This document shows, piece by piece, positions 38,886-51,402 of a DNA stretch of 64,000 nt; positions within the stretch are counted from its first letter, which is position 1, and the number at the start of each line of letters is the position of its first letter. A program made the position numbers and the translations under genes. The notes under the pieces were generated by a model. The model was not told the origin of the DNA. It made no database searches and worked only from the letters and a program-made list of their open reading frames with translations. This stretch comes from Candidatus Iainarchaeum sp. (lineage in GTDB: Archaea > Iainarchaeota > Iainarchaeia > Iainarchaeales > JAAZKV01), in the NCBI GenBank assembly GCA_026397015.1, contig JAPLVR010000001.1:1-64000 (forward strand). The letters run 5' to 3'.

Positions 38886-39527
38886 CTATTTTCTGCGGAT
38901 GTGGGCGGCAACGCCGTCCCTTATTTCTTTTCTCATGCCCCTCATTGTTTCCAGTGTGGCTCTGGTTTTGTATTTGCTTTGCTTTCTCATGCCGGAATAT
39001 TTTGAAAGATAAGCCCTCCTGGCGTTCCAGAAATAGGGTATCTCCTTGTATTTTCCAACAAAATTAAGCCGTCTATACTTGTACCAGGGCAAGTTCTTTT
39101 TCATGACAGCTGTTTTTATTTTTCTGAATCCGAGCATTCTAAGGGCTTCCTTGAGGTTTCTAATAGTTCTTCCGGTTTGAACATATTCTTCCAAAACAAG
39201 CACCCTCTCCTTTTCAGGATTTGCCGTATGCAGCTTGGCGTTTATTATTCCAGCGAGCTCTTTTGCAGAATATGCCCTCGTCTGAAAAAAGGTCGTCGCA
39301 ACAGCCGTAAATCTGGGCAGCTCTTCCCCGTATTTTGCCCTCCAAATGTGCTTTACGGCGTAAGCAAGCGGCTGGGCACCCGAGCCTCCGACAATTATTC
39401 TGCTTATCTTTTCGGAGCGTATGTAAGCGGTCATTTTTTCCGCCGTGTTTATGAATTCTTTGACGCGCTCAGCATCGCCGCCGATTTTGTGTTCCGATTC
39501 CGTTCCGCGTTCATCAGATTGAACCAT
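38886..39527 (-). CDS. PRTase-fold-like basic orphan
   Basis: RVLVLEEYVQTGRTI resembles a PRPP-binding loop. Confidence 0.6.
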   Translation of the reverse strand: MVQSDERGTESEHKIGGDAERVKEFINTAEKMTAYIRSEKISRIIVGGSGAQPLAYAVKHIWRAKYGEELPRFTAVATTFFQTRAYSAKELAGIINAKLHTANPEKERVLVLEEYVQTGRTIRNLKEALRMLGFRKIKTAVMKKNLPWYKYRRLNFVGKYKEIPYFWNARRAYLSKYSGMRKQSKYKTRATLETMRGMRKEIRDGVAAHIRRK

Positions 39528-39901
39528 GCAAATAATGTGAACCGAAGTGTTTTATTAATCTACAGACCAACCGCTGTTTTCATTAATCTACAACGCCGGT
39601 TTCGCCGAAACCTTTTTAAAGGTTGAACGCACAATTAGATACAGCAATTCCAGTTGCCTGGTGGCGCGGATTGCAAGAGTTTAATTGAGTAAAAGGTTTC
39701 GACTTTTTGCTTCAAGTTCTCGAGTTGAACACCCAGACCTCGGGTTTGGATTCTACGCAATAAATGGTTTTCCTGCGGAACGCTTGGCGTTTCTGTTGAG
39801 AAATTCCATATGTGAGCACCAAAGTTTTTTTGGTGTGATGTTGGTTAGTGAATTGATAGTAGTGATTGTCAAATATCAATTCCATGAATGTTTCCAAATC
39901 A

Positions 39902-39926
39902 CAGCCTTTTTTTCGAAAAAAGGCTG
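39902..39926. repeat. REP-like palindrome CAGCC-T7-CG-A6-GGCTG
   Basis: Other copies at 41803-41827 and, degenerate, 55426-55451. Confidence 0.85.
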
Positions 39927-40005
39927 GCGAAAAAATTACGGAGAAATCCGTGAAAAGTTTGCCGGCATTTTTTGGGAGGATGGCTAATTATATGAGTAAT
40001 GTGAA

Positions 40006-41489
<1,484 letters not shown>

Positions 41490-41727
41490 ATAAAAAAAAT
41501 AAAAAGACAACATTGCTTCTTTACACTAACCAACTTATATTTTTTTACCTGCGAAGCGGGTGAAGAAATTGATTGGATTCAATGGTTTGACCAGCGGTGC
41601 AGGCGCGGTTTTCTTGCATTGCAGGAAAGCCGTTGCGAAGTCCTGAGCGCGGAGAGTTGAATTTGCGAAGCTCGCTTTGTCGAGCAGCAGCGAAGACAAT
41701 GCTTTTCGCGAACCTTAACAAGGTTCA

Positions 41728-41800
41728 GGGCCTGTAGCTCAGTTGGTAGAGCGTCCGCCTTGCACGCGGAAGGTCGAGGGTTCGATTCCCCCCGGGTCCA
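41728..41800 (+). tRNA. tRNA-Ala(TGC)
   Basis: Cloverleaf, CT-TGC-AC loop, G3-U70. Confidence 0.97.
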
Positions 41801-41802
41801 CT

Positions 41803-41827
41803 CAGCCTTTTTTCGAAAAAAAGGCTG
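41803..41827. repeat. REP-like palindrome CAGCC-T6-CG-A7-GGCTG
   Basis: Exact reverse complement of 39902-39926. Confidence 0.85.
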
Positions 41828-41949
41828 GCGAAAAAACTCGCAAAAAAAAAAATTTGCGAGAACGAAAAAGTTTGCGAGAAATGGCGGCATAAAAAATTTT
41901 TCGCAAATGGTTTCGTAAAAAAGTTAAAGAATTTGAAGGTGTAAAAAAG

Positions 41950-42324
41950 ATGGCAAGAAAAGCGAAAGTAGAGTGGAATATAGAGGGGCTGACAATTGCG
42001 CAACGTCGGGCGCTTGGCATAGAAGGACTAACCCATGCACAAGTAAGGCGATTGGGAATAATAGGAATGACTCCTATTGAAGCTCAAAATCACATACTTA
42101 GCGAGTTGGCAAGCTTTAGTCGGCAATGGAATTTAGATTTACGCCCAGAGGAAAAGATAAAAAAATATTTGGAATATAAGGAAAAGGAAATTATGAAAAT
42201 GCGAGCTGAGGGACGAAGTACAGAGCGCGGTAGTCGTTATCGTCGGCCTAGGAGCAAGGCACAATTAATACAACTGGTAAAAAAAACAAGAAGTGTACAG
42301 AGAGGAAAGTTAAGGCCCAGGTGA
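41950..42324 (+). CDS. Basic orphan protein inside the 16S-23S spacer
   Basis: AAGGTG SD; 13-aa internal repeat IEGLTIAQRRALG/IEGLTHAQVRRLG. Confidence 0.7.
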   Translation: MARKAKVEWNIEGLTIAQRRALGIEGLTHAQVRRLGIIGMTPIEAQNHILSELASFSRQWNLDLRPEEKIKKYLEYKEKEIMKMRAEGRSTERGSRYRRPRSKAQLIQLVKKTRSVQRGKLRPR

Positions 42325-42606
42325 GGAAAAAATTTTCCTCATTAGTTAAAAATTTACGCTTATCATAAAATGATAGGAATTTGCAGGAATGAAAATTTCT
42401 GCAAGTTGGGATTGCCTGCTTCGGCGGGCAAGATACCATTATTTTTGTGGTGTCTCCCATTCCGAGTTTTTTCGGGATGGAAGTTAGTAATATAATTTGG
42501 GAATTTTTTTCCGCAAAAGAAATTTTGCAGAAAGAAGTTTTCGAGTTGTGTTGCTTTGCATAGGAACTGCCAAACAAAATTAGAGTCAAATAGTAAGTTC
42601 TCATAT

Positions 42607-45553
42607 TGTATAACGTTACGCCAGTTAGTGGATGACTAGGCTCGAGCGCCGATTAAGGACGTGGCAAGCTGCGATAAGCCTTGGCGAGAAGCACGCATTC
42701 TTTGAACCAAGGATTTCTGAATAATTCGGCAACGAAAGGGAACACGGCGAACTGAATCATCTAAGTAGCCGTAGGAAGAGAAAGCAATTGCGATTCCGTT
42801 AGTAACGGCGAGTGAAAGCGGAAGAGGGCGAACTGAATCCTGTCCGTGAGGAACAGGAGATGTGGTTGCGGCGCAACAGTTTTTTTGCGAGAAGAAGTGT
42901 CCTGGAACGGACTGCCAAAGAGAGTGACAGCCTCGTATTTGAAGCAAAAAAAGTGTATTGCTGCTAGAGAGTACTGTGCACCTGATTGTGCGCAGGAATA
43001 CGGGTGTATTGACATCCAACCCTAAATACGTCTCGAGACCGATAGCTGACTAGTACCGCGAGGGAAGGTTGAAAAGTATCCTTGACAGGAGTTGAAAAGC
43101 ACCTGAAACTAACTGGTTACGGGGAGGCAGGGCGTGGAAGGAAAGGCGCGCGTAGTTTTCCATCGAGAGTTGGAAAATAAAGTGCGTTTCAGCGTTCTGT
43201 CGTACGTCGTGAAGCACGAGCGAGGGAATTTACTTCAGTGGCGAGGATAACTGTTTTCAAGCAGGCATCCGCAGGGAAACCGAGTGGGCGCAGCATCGCG
43301 AGGCTCAGGGTTCAAAGCCTTTAGTCACTGGAGTCAGACCCGAAACAAGGCGAGCTAATCCTGAACAGGACGAAGCCCTCTTTCAAGGGGGTGGAGGTCC
43401 GCAACTAGTGCTAGTCTATCTGCTTAGGTGATTTGGGATTAGGCGTAATAAGCGAACCGAGCCTTGTGATAGCGGGCTCCTTTTGAAATACCTCTGAGGG
43501 TAGCCTCTCTGGAGGATGAACATGGTGTAGAGATACTGGTTAAGAAGTATTGATCCGAAAGGATTAGCTTCTTTCCCAAACTCCGAATCTATGTTCTCCG
43601 TAGAAGGAGGGAGTAGGGGCGTCGGCGTAAGGTTGATGTCCGTAAGGGAAAAAACCCAGCTCCAAATTAAGGCCCTAAAATGTTGGTTAAGTGTTTTCAA
43701 AGTGAGTCGTTTCTCTAAGACAGTGGGGAGGTTGGCTTAGAAGCAGCCATCCTTTAAAGAATGCGTAACAGCTCACCCACCTAGAGCAATGGCCGCGAAG
43801 ATTATCAGGGCTAAAACCAACTGCCGATATTTGGAAAGCGTTCTAGTTTGAACGTTTTGTAAGAAGGTGCACTGATGGCACAGAAGCTTGCTCGTAAGAA
43901 CAAGTGGAGCCTTTAGTGATATGGATCCTCGCACTAGTAGTAACGATAGAGTAGTGAGAATCTACTCCGCCGAAAGGGCAAGGGTTTCTTAGCGCTAATC
44001 ATTAGCTAAGAGTTAGCCGGTCCTAACTTCACCCCCAGCAGGGCGTGTCGGAAGGGGAAACGCGTTCATATTCGCGTGCTTTTTGCATAAGTCTTCGGCA
44101 ACGATAGGCACACTTTTGACGCCTTGGGATAATTTGAGCCATCTTGTCTGATGGTTTAACTGGAATAGTTCTTCGGAGAGCCGTAATGGCGAGAAGGAGA
44201 ACAAGCCAGGAATAGCAGCAATGTTCAGATGATTTCGAGGGCCCATGAAAAAAAAGTGTGTAATAATTGCAAAAAACCGTACCCAGAACCGAGAAAGGTG
44301 CCCCTAGCTTAGAAAGCTTAGGCGTATTTGGGGAATTGACTTAAGGGAATTCGGCAAATTAGCCCCGTATCTTAGGTATAAGGGGTGCCTGCAATGTAGA
44401 TTGCAGGTTTCAATAACAAACGGAGTCCGACTGTTTAACAAAAACACAGGTCCCTGCTAGCCAGCAATGGTTCGTATAGGGGCTGACTTCTGCTCACTGC
44501 CAGTAGGTGAAAATCTGTTTCAACGGGTCTAAGCCCTGGTGAAGAGCGGGCCTAACTCTGAGGCTCTCACGGTAGCGTAATACCTTGCCGGTTTATTGCC
44601 GGCTTGCACCAAGGAAGCAACGAGATTCCAGCTGTCCCTAAGTCGAGCCAAATGAACTTACTTCGCAGTGTATATGCTGCGGACTCCTAACGGGAAGAGA
44701 AGACCCCACGGAAGTTTACTACAGCCTGTTGTTGTGATGTAGTTTCTGGCGTGAAGCGTAGTTGGTAGCCTTCGAAGCATTTTCGCTAGGAAATGTGGAG
44801 GCAACAATGCGACACCAACCTCTAGAAAGTGCATTGCTTACCTGAAAAGGAACAGCAATTGGTGGGTAGTTTGGCTGGGGCGGCACGCTCCCGAAAAGAT
44901 ATCAGGAGCGCCCAAAGGTCTGCTCAGGCGAGTTAGAAATTCGCTGTAGAGTGCAAGAGCAAAAGCAGGCTTAACCATTTTCTGCACAGCAAGGAAAGTG
45001 GGAAGGAAACTTGGGTCTAGCGAACGCTAGTGTGTCCGTCAATGCGACCCTAGTCTTACAATGAACCTATCCTGGGGGTAATTGAGTGGTCGCGGGTAAG
45101 AGTTCACATCGACCCCGCGGTTTGCTACCTCGCCGTCGTCTTTTGGCATCCTGGCCGTGCATCAGCGGCCAAGGGTGGAGGGGTTTACTCATTAAAGCCG
45201 AACATTAGTTGGGTTAAGAACGGTGCGAGCCAGTTTGGATACTAGCTGTTAGGGGTGCAGGTTGACTGAGAGGAAGATGCCATTAGTACGAGAGGAACGT
45301 GGCGTCGTAGCCGCTAGTGTACCAGTTGTCCGACAGGGCAACGCTGGGAAGCCACGCTATATTGGATAAGCGCTGAATGCATCTAAGCACGAAGCCATCC
45401 TTAAAAAGAGTCAACCATTCCCGAAACTTCATGTAAAAATGAAGCCTAGGGACGAGGGCACGCATAGAAGATGCGTTTGATAGACTACGTGTGTAAGTAT
45501 GAAGCTCACGCGACATATTGAGCATAGTAGCACTAATCGCCCGAGGTTACACA
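42607..45553 (+). rRNA. rrl: 23S rRNA (ends approximate)
   Basis: GTPase centre, P-loop CTGGGGCGG, sarcin-ricin AGTACGAGAGGA; flanking stem 42558-42575 pairs with 45579-45596. Confidence 0.97.
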
Positions 45554-45689
45554 AAATGAGAAACAAGATCCTAACAAAGTTTGGCGGTTCCTATGCGACA
45601 CTATTAAAACTAATTTTCAAAAATACTATTTGGCGTGTCACGGAAGGCGTGAACAAAAGCTATATAAGCTAGAATTTCCTTTATTAAAG

Positions 45690-46751
45690 ATGCTTTCTAC
45701 CGAGGCACGCCTGGTTTTAGCAAGTAATCTGAAAAAAGTACAAGCAACTATTTTCTCGCAATCAGATGGGCAGCCAGACTTGGATCAATATTTGGCAAAA
45801 GAAGATAAAAAAAAATATTTACGCAGTTTGGGATTCAATTTTGGTTCAGCAAAACAGATTTGTGGAACGACAACAATTTATACAATAAATCTTACAAAGA
45901 AACCAAAGCAAAAGTCGTTTGAGCCCAAACGTGGGCGGTTTTTCATAGCGGTAACCGAAGGTGATTCTTTTTTTTATGTTCTTACCGACAGTAACTTAGT
46001 TTTTTTGAAACATGCAGTTATTCCTTTTATTACATATTTAACATACCCAAACATAACTCGCGCAACTTTGACCTCATTGGAGTTGCAAAATGTTATACAA
46101 AATTTTTCAGCAACATTGAATGCTGGCGTTTTTGTTAATAAATCAAGTGGAAAAGGAATGTTTGGAAAAAAACCTCAAACAATAATTAAGTTCGAAAAAA
46201 ATAATCCAGTTTCGCTAAATTCGGTTTATAAACAAGCGGTGAATCAAGACCTGTGGGTTCATTGGTTAAGTCTATTGATGCGAGGAAAAAATGATTCCAT
46301 GAAAGTTAATATTTCCCGAGATGGGACTATCAGTTTTCCAAAAGAATCATTAGGTAAAGCTCTTATTTTGTTTGAGATTATAGGAAAAATTGCCGAATCC
46401 CAAAATGTTCTGTTAAAGGATAAAGAGATAAAACCCGAACAAGAAATGAAATCAATAATTCTTAGGTACGGGGAAGAAATTTTTTCCGAAAAGAAACATT
46501 TGCTTCAACTATTAGACACTATAAAAAAGTATAAAGATTCAAGCTATTCAATAATTCACTCCGGAAATCCGCACATTTATATGTATTTACAAGATACTGT
46601 TGACAAATCATCATTTTCTATTAGAAATTTGAGACAAGATTCGATTTTAATCACGCCTCAAATAAGGTGTGGCGCAAGTGCTCTTTCAAGATTTATAAGT
46701 TACTTGAATGAAGATTTTAGAGAGGCAATTGAAACAAATGTTTGTGATTAG
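45690..46751 (+). CDS. Hypothetical protein, first of an overlapping pair
   Basis: Long ORF; TATATAAG 29 nt upstream suggests a leaderless start. Confidence 0.75.
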   Translation: MLSTEARLVLASNLKKVQATIFSQSDGQPDLDQYLAKEDKKKYLRSLGFNFGSAKQICGTTTIYTINLTKKPKQKSFEPKRGRFFIAVTEGDSFFYVLTDSNLVFLKHAVIPFITYLTYPNITRATLTSLELQNVIQNFSATLNAGVFVNKSSGKGMFGKKPQTIIKFEKNNPVSLNSVYKQAVNQDLWVHWLSLLMRGKNDSMKVNISRDGTISFPKESLGKALILFEIIGKIAESQNVLLKDKEIKPEQEMKSIILRYGEEIFSEKKHLLQLLDTIKKYKDSSYSIIHSGNPHIYMYLQDTVDKSSFSIRNLRQDSILITPQIRCGASALSRFISYLNEDFREAIETNVCD

Positions 46752-47781
46752 TATGCCAAAAATGAGTCTTTCAGAAGCAGTTTCAATAAAAGCGAAAGAA
46801 ATGGACAGGTACCACCAACAAATATTGTTATGTCTCGGATTATTATTTTTTTTTGAAAAAAATAAATCTCTTGGAATGTTTGTTGGGGCCGAGATAGACC
46901 TGAAATATGCACTAAATAGTGTGCAAAAATGTGTTCGCCCAGATGTAATAATTCAAGCATGGAAAAAAGATGGGAAATTATTTGGGATTCCAATCGAAAT
47001 TAAATTGTCAGTAGATTATGATATTGAAATAAAAAAAGAATTAAATGAAATGAAACGTTATGATAACCAATTATCAGGGTGGAAAGAATTTGAAGGCTTG
47101 ACGCCTGATGATCATGTAATAGTTTATGCCCCGAACGGTCTTGACTCTGGAAAGGTTAAAAGGGTACTTGAACAGGAGTTGAAAAGTGGAAATATTAAGT
47201 TTAACAGAGAATTTTGTATTTGGGAATGGCAAACAGTGACGAGTCAAAAATACGGGAAGGGCGATGTTTTATTGATAAAGCAAATTTTTGGAGATTTACA
47301 TGGAATGTGTGATTCACTAAACAAGCAACTTACCGATGGGATTCCTATTGATTATGAGTCTGAAGAATTCGCCAAGAAAAGAGAAGGGGCTGTTTTTACT
47401 AGAAAAAAACCACCAAAAGAATACATGATGGTTTGGCTTTGGACCAATGTTTTGCAACAATCTGTGGATTCTTCCAGCAATATAACCCTTGATGAGCTTA
47501 CTAAAAAAGTTAACCAATTTTATAAGTCGGAGCTGATGAATAACAATGACGGACAATCTTTTTTTATTAAAAAGGACTGGATTAGGGAAGCTATGGATTG
47601 GTTTTGTAAAATTAAACTTTGTAAAGAAAGTTCCGAAACGTGTTATAACATTGTAATGAACAAAAAAATTAGAAACATATCAAAATTTATTTGTACACAA
47701 GTAGCAAAAAAGGAAAAACTGCGCAAAATTAACACTGACACAAACCAAATGGCACTTGAAACATTTACACAAGGAAGTTAA
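46738..47781 (+). CDS. Putative PD-(D/E)xK nuclease-fold protein (start uncertain)
   Basis: E..RPDVII...IPIEIK..E..EMKRY. Confidence 0.6.
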   Translation: MFVISMPKMSLSEAVSIKAKEMDRYHQQILLCLGLLFFFEKNKSLGMFVGAEIDLKYALNSVQKCVRPDVIIQAWKKDGKLFGIPIEIKLSVDYDIEIKKELNEMKRYDNQLSGWKEFEGLTPDDHVIVYAPNGLDSGKVKRVLEQELKSGNIKFNREFCIWEWQTVTSQKYGKGDVLLIKQIFGDLHGMCDSLNKQLTDGIPIDYESEEFAKKREGAVFTRKKPPKEYMMVWLWTNVLQQSVDSSSNITLDELTKKVNQFYKSELMNNNDGQSFFIKKDWIREAMDWFCKIKLCKESSETCYNIVMNKKIRNISKFICTQVAKKEKLRKINTDTNQMALETFTQGS

Positions 47782-47825
47782 TTCAAATAACTTTCAACTA
47801 TTTTAATTTGTGATTAAAAAAATGA

Positions 47826-48086
47826 TTAATGTGTCTCCTCACACGCCTTCCCATCCTTATCATGATCCAGTCCGTGCACGTCTCTTCCGCATTTTTCCAG
47901 CATTTCCTGTGCCCCCTCCTGCGTCTCAAAGTCATTGCAGTTATATTTGTCGTAAGCGCAGTCCGGCGGCGTTACTTCGTCGAGGGAGATTTTTTCAGGG
48001 CGGGCGGATTCTTCGGATTGAATGCAGCCGGAAATTAGAGCAAATATCAGGATAATTGCAATTATTTTGTTTAATGACTCGCTCAT
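47826..48086 (-). CDS. Excalibur Ca-binding domain lipoprotein
   Basis: ISGC lipobox; [27 protein letters not shown]. Confidence 0.85.
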   Translation of the reverse strand: MSESLNKIIAIILIFALISGCIQSEESARPEKISLDEVTPPDCAYDKYNCNDFETQEGAQEMLEKCGRDVHGLDHDKDGKACEETH

Positions 48087-48095
48087 TTAATCGCC

Positions 48096-48149
48096 ATATT
48101 CTATATAGAATAAACCACAAAGGATTTATAAATATATTCTATATAGAAT
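48096..48149 (+). promoter_or_regulatory. TATA box flanked by two identical palindromic operators
   Basis: ATATTCTATATAGAAT at 48096-48111 and 48134-48149; TTTATAAA at 48125-48132. Confidence 0.8.
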
Positions 48150-48163
48150 TAATTCTGGGAATT

Positions 48164-48334
48164 ATGCCTGAAAAATACCAATACGAAGCCAAAATAAGCA
48201 AAACAACCGACAACAAGAAGCTCGCCACAGGCGAAAAAAAAGCCTATAACTATGGCACAATTAATCTAAGAAAACCAGAACTCGCCAAATACATAGGAAA
48301 AATAGCTAAAATTGAGGTAAAAATACAGGATTGA
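48164..48334 (+). CDS. 56-aa putative AbrB-like regulator
   Basis: YGTINL..PEL.KYIGK.AKIEV; stop overlaps the RM gene. Confidence 0.65.
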   Translation: MPEKYQYEAKISKTTDNKKLATGEKKAYNYGTINLRKPELAKYIGKIAKIEVKIQD

Positions 48335-51267
48335 TTTCTATGGTTGGTGCAGGGGGCAAACTTCAAGAAAATTCTTTCAATGCCCTTTTAACAAAAGAAC
48401 TTATTGACCTAGAATTAGACGCTAATTTTGAAGAGCACTTTACAACATTTCAGGGGCTAAAAAAACCAGACATCTCAATTAAATTCAAAGATACTTATTT
48501 TTTTGTAGAATCAAAACAAGAGCCAGCTAAACTAATTGATGCAATCAGCAAAGCGTATCTTTATCAACAATCCATTAGGCAGGCTAAACTCAACACAATT
48601 GTTTTTGGAGTTCTTTTTCCAAAAGATGGTGGAACAAAAAAGATTGAAGCTGCATGTCTGTTGAATAAGGAGCCATTTTTTCAGCAAGAAACATTTTTCA
48701 CGCTTGGGGAATTGGCTCGTTGGATAAAAGAAGTTATAACCGAAGAGAAACCAATTGCTGAACTCAGTACAACAAAATTTATCAAAATATTAACAGAAGC
48801 GGTTCATTCCATAGATAAAAATCTCAAAACACTAAAACTTGATGAAATAGAAAGTATTTTTGGTGGAAAAACCTTTTTTGAAACAATACTTGGATATTCG
48901 GAAGAAGAAAAAATACCGATTGAAAATTTGCGAGTGGCATCCTCATATCTGCTTGTAAATCAAATATTTTTCTATCAGATTCTTGCAACTGAAACAAAAA
49001 AATATCCACTGTTCGATGTTGAAAAAATAACATCTTCCAACGAAATATATGATAGGCATTTTGCAAAAGTTCTTGAAGACGATTATGAACCAATATTCAG
49101 TTTTAACATAATATCAAAATTGAGTGGAAAAGAAGCTCTTGCAAACGTATTGACTGTTGTTTCAGCAATTCAGGCACTTTCAACGAGCAAGCAAAATCAC
49201 GACTTACTCGGAAAAATATTTCATAATCTCATACCGTTGGACATAAGGAAAGTTGTAGCTGCATTTTATACAAACTCCGAAGCAGGCAACCTTCTTGCTG
49301 ATTTGGCTATAGAAAAATTTGATGAAAAAATATTAGATACTGCCTGTGGCTCTGGAACATTGCTTGTTTCCTCTTATAGAAGGAAAAAAGAACTTTTTGA
49401 AAAACAATTTGGGGATTTCAGTGAAGATGCACACAAAAAGTTTCTTTCAAAAGATATATTCGGGGTGGATATAATGCCTTTTGCCGCTCATTTGGCCGCG
49501 ATAAATCTTGCATTGCAAGCTCCGCTCTACGAAACTGACATATTGAATATTGCCATACACGATTCGACAGATTTATCGCCAGAAAGAGAACTGGAAGCCG
49601 CAGAAGAAACTATAAGAGAAGGTTTTAAACAACAAAAACTTTTTGATTTTGGAAAAAGTAGGGCAGAAAAAACAAGCGCAAAGGGCGTTGTGTCTCTTTA
49701 CAAAAATAAGCACAAAATAGTTTTGCCATATTTTGATGTTGTAATAATGAATCCGCCATTTACCCGTTTTCAAAGAATACCACCAGAATTCAAACAGATA
49801 TTGGAAAATAGATTTAGCGGCAAATATAGAAAGATAATAAGCGGGCAATTAGGCTTGCACGGATATTTTTTATTGCTCGCAGATAAATTCCTAAAAGAAG
49901 ATGGTAGGATAGCGGCCGTATTGCCGCTCACAACAATCAGCACAAGTAGTTTTTATCAACTCATAAAAATGCTCCTTGAAGAATATTGTATAGAATATGT
50001 AGTAGCGTCAGATGGCAGAGCCGCGTTTTCTGAAAACACAAGTTTAAGAGAAATACTTTTAATTGCCAAAAAACAGAAGCCAAAAAAAGACCATGAGCTT
50101 AAGCTCGTGATACTAAATATGTCGCCTGCACAACTAAATGAAAAGACCACAAAAGAAATAAGCATGAGGCTAAGGCAATTTTCCGCTCTTGAACTGAAAG
50201 AAAAAGAAGAAGACTATTTTTACATAAAAACTTTCAAGCAAGAAGACCTGAAAGCCAACATAAGACAATTGTATCATTCAATAACACTTTCTTCAAAAGA
50301 GCTTATACAAATAAATAAGAAATTGGAAAAAGTTCTTGAAAATGAAAAGACAGAAACTTTGAAAATAATTTCAGAAAAAAACAGGTGGGAAATAAAAGAA
50401 AACCCAAGAGGATTAAATATTTATAACTATTCTGCACTAACTATATTGAATGATGAAAAACGCGCCTTGAAAAAAACAGATTTCTGGCTTGCCAAAGAAA
50501 AAACAAGAGAATTTGTTACAGTGCTCAACAAAATCAATGGAAATAAATTTAAAATACCAACCAAAGCACTTGCAAAACAATTTAGAAGATTCTCAACAAT
50601 AAACACAATCAACATAGACAAGAAAACCGATTATCTTGTAAAAGACGACTTTCAAGGGTTTGAAGTATTTTTGGAAAATGGTTTTGTAAAAAGAAGCGAA
50701 ATCAAAAAAACAGCAAAAGCAATAGAGTTTGGTGAATTTAACACATTTATACAAAGAAACTCATCCAATCTTTTCTTTTTCTATAGGGGTGATTTAACCG
50801 CCCCAAACACGAATTGCTTAAGTGTAAACTGTCAAGAAAAAGTATTTGCCGGTTCTGGCGGAAGTTGGGTTTTTTACGGTCTAAAAAATAATGAGGCAAA
50901 CAATCTTTCTTTGTGGCTAAATTCAAGTTTGCAATTGTTCCAAGTTTTACGAGATAGAAAAGAAACAAGAGGCGGATGGATGGAAATAGACAAATATGTT
51001 TTAGACGAGTCTAAAATTCTGAACTTGGATAAATTAACAAAAACTGATAAAGAAAAATTGGATAATTTATACGAAAAGATCAAAGATACTCAGTTCCCTT
51101 CTTTAATCGAGCAATTGAAAACAAAAAATTCAATAAGAAAGCAAATTGACACTACATTTTTGTCAATATTGGGCATGAATAAAGCAGAAGCAGAAAGCTT
51201 GCTTGAAGAGTTATATCCAGCAATCTATAAAGAATTGGTAAAGTTAAAGGGAGTAATGGGCAAATAA
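48331..51267 (+). CDS. Type IIG-like fused restriction-modification enzyme (N6-adenine MTase)
   Basis: N-terminal KPD...VESK nuclease; FYT; LDTACGSG motif I; NPPF motif IV; C-terminal TRD-like region. Confidence 0.9.
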   Translation: MISMVGAGGKLQENSFNALLTKELIDLELDANFEEHFTTFQGLKKPDISIKFKDTYFFVESKQEPAKLIDAISKAYLYQQSIRQAKLNTIVFGVLFPKDGGTKKIEAACLLNKEPFFQQETFFTLGELARWIKEVITEEKPIAELSTTKFIKILTEAVHSIDKNLKTLKLDEIESIFGGKTFFETILGYSEEEKIPIENLRVASSYLLVNQIFFYQILATETKKYPLFDVEKITSSNEIYDRHFAKVLEDDYEPIFSFNIISKLSGKEALANVLTVVSAIQALSTSKQNHDLLGKIFHNLIPLDIRKVVAAFYTNSEAGNLLADLAIEKFDEKILDTACGSGTLLVSSYRRKKELFEKQFGDFSEDAHKKFLSKDIFGVDIMPFAAHLAAINLALQAPLYETDILNIAIHDSTDLSPERELEAAEETIREGFKQQKLFDFGKSRAEKTSAKGVVSLYKNKHKIVLPYFDVVIMNPPFTRFQRIPPEFKQILENRFSGKYRKIISGQLGLHGYFLLLADKFLKEDGRIAAVLPLTTISTSSFYQLIKMLLEEYCIEYVVASDGRAAFSENTSLREILLIAKKQKPKKDHELKLVILNMSPAQLNEKTTKEISMRLRQFSALELKEKEEDYFYIKTFKQEDLKANIRQLYHSITLSSKELIQINKKLEKVLENEKTETLKIISEKNRWEIKENPRGLNIYNYSALTILNDEKRALKKTDFWLAKEKTREFVTVLNKINGNKFKIPTKALAKQFRRFSTINTINIDKKTDYLVKDDFQGFEVFLENGFVKRSEIKKTAKAIEFGEFNTFIQRNSSNLFFFYRGDLTAPNTNCLSVNCQEKVFAGSGGSWVFYGLKNNEANNLSLWLNSSLQLFQVLRDRKETRGGWMEIDKYVLDESKILNLDKLTKTDKEKLDNLYEKIKDTQFPSLIEQLKTKNSIRKQIDTTFLSILGMNKAEAESLLEELYPAIYKELVKLKGVMGK

Positions 51268-51402
51268 CTAATTTAAGAGCAAAGCCATTAAGAGCAAAAA
51301 AATTATATAAAACCCAACTTTAATGAATTTAAGTGCGAGTTGGCAGCTTTAAGTGCAACTTAGACTTTAGGCGCAAAGTTGATGGAAGCCATAAAAAGAG
51401 AT

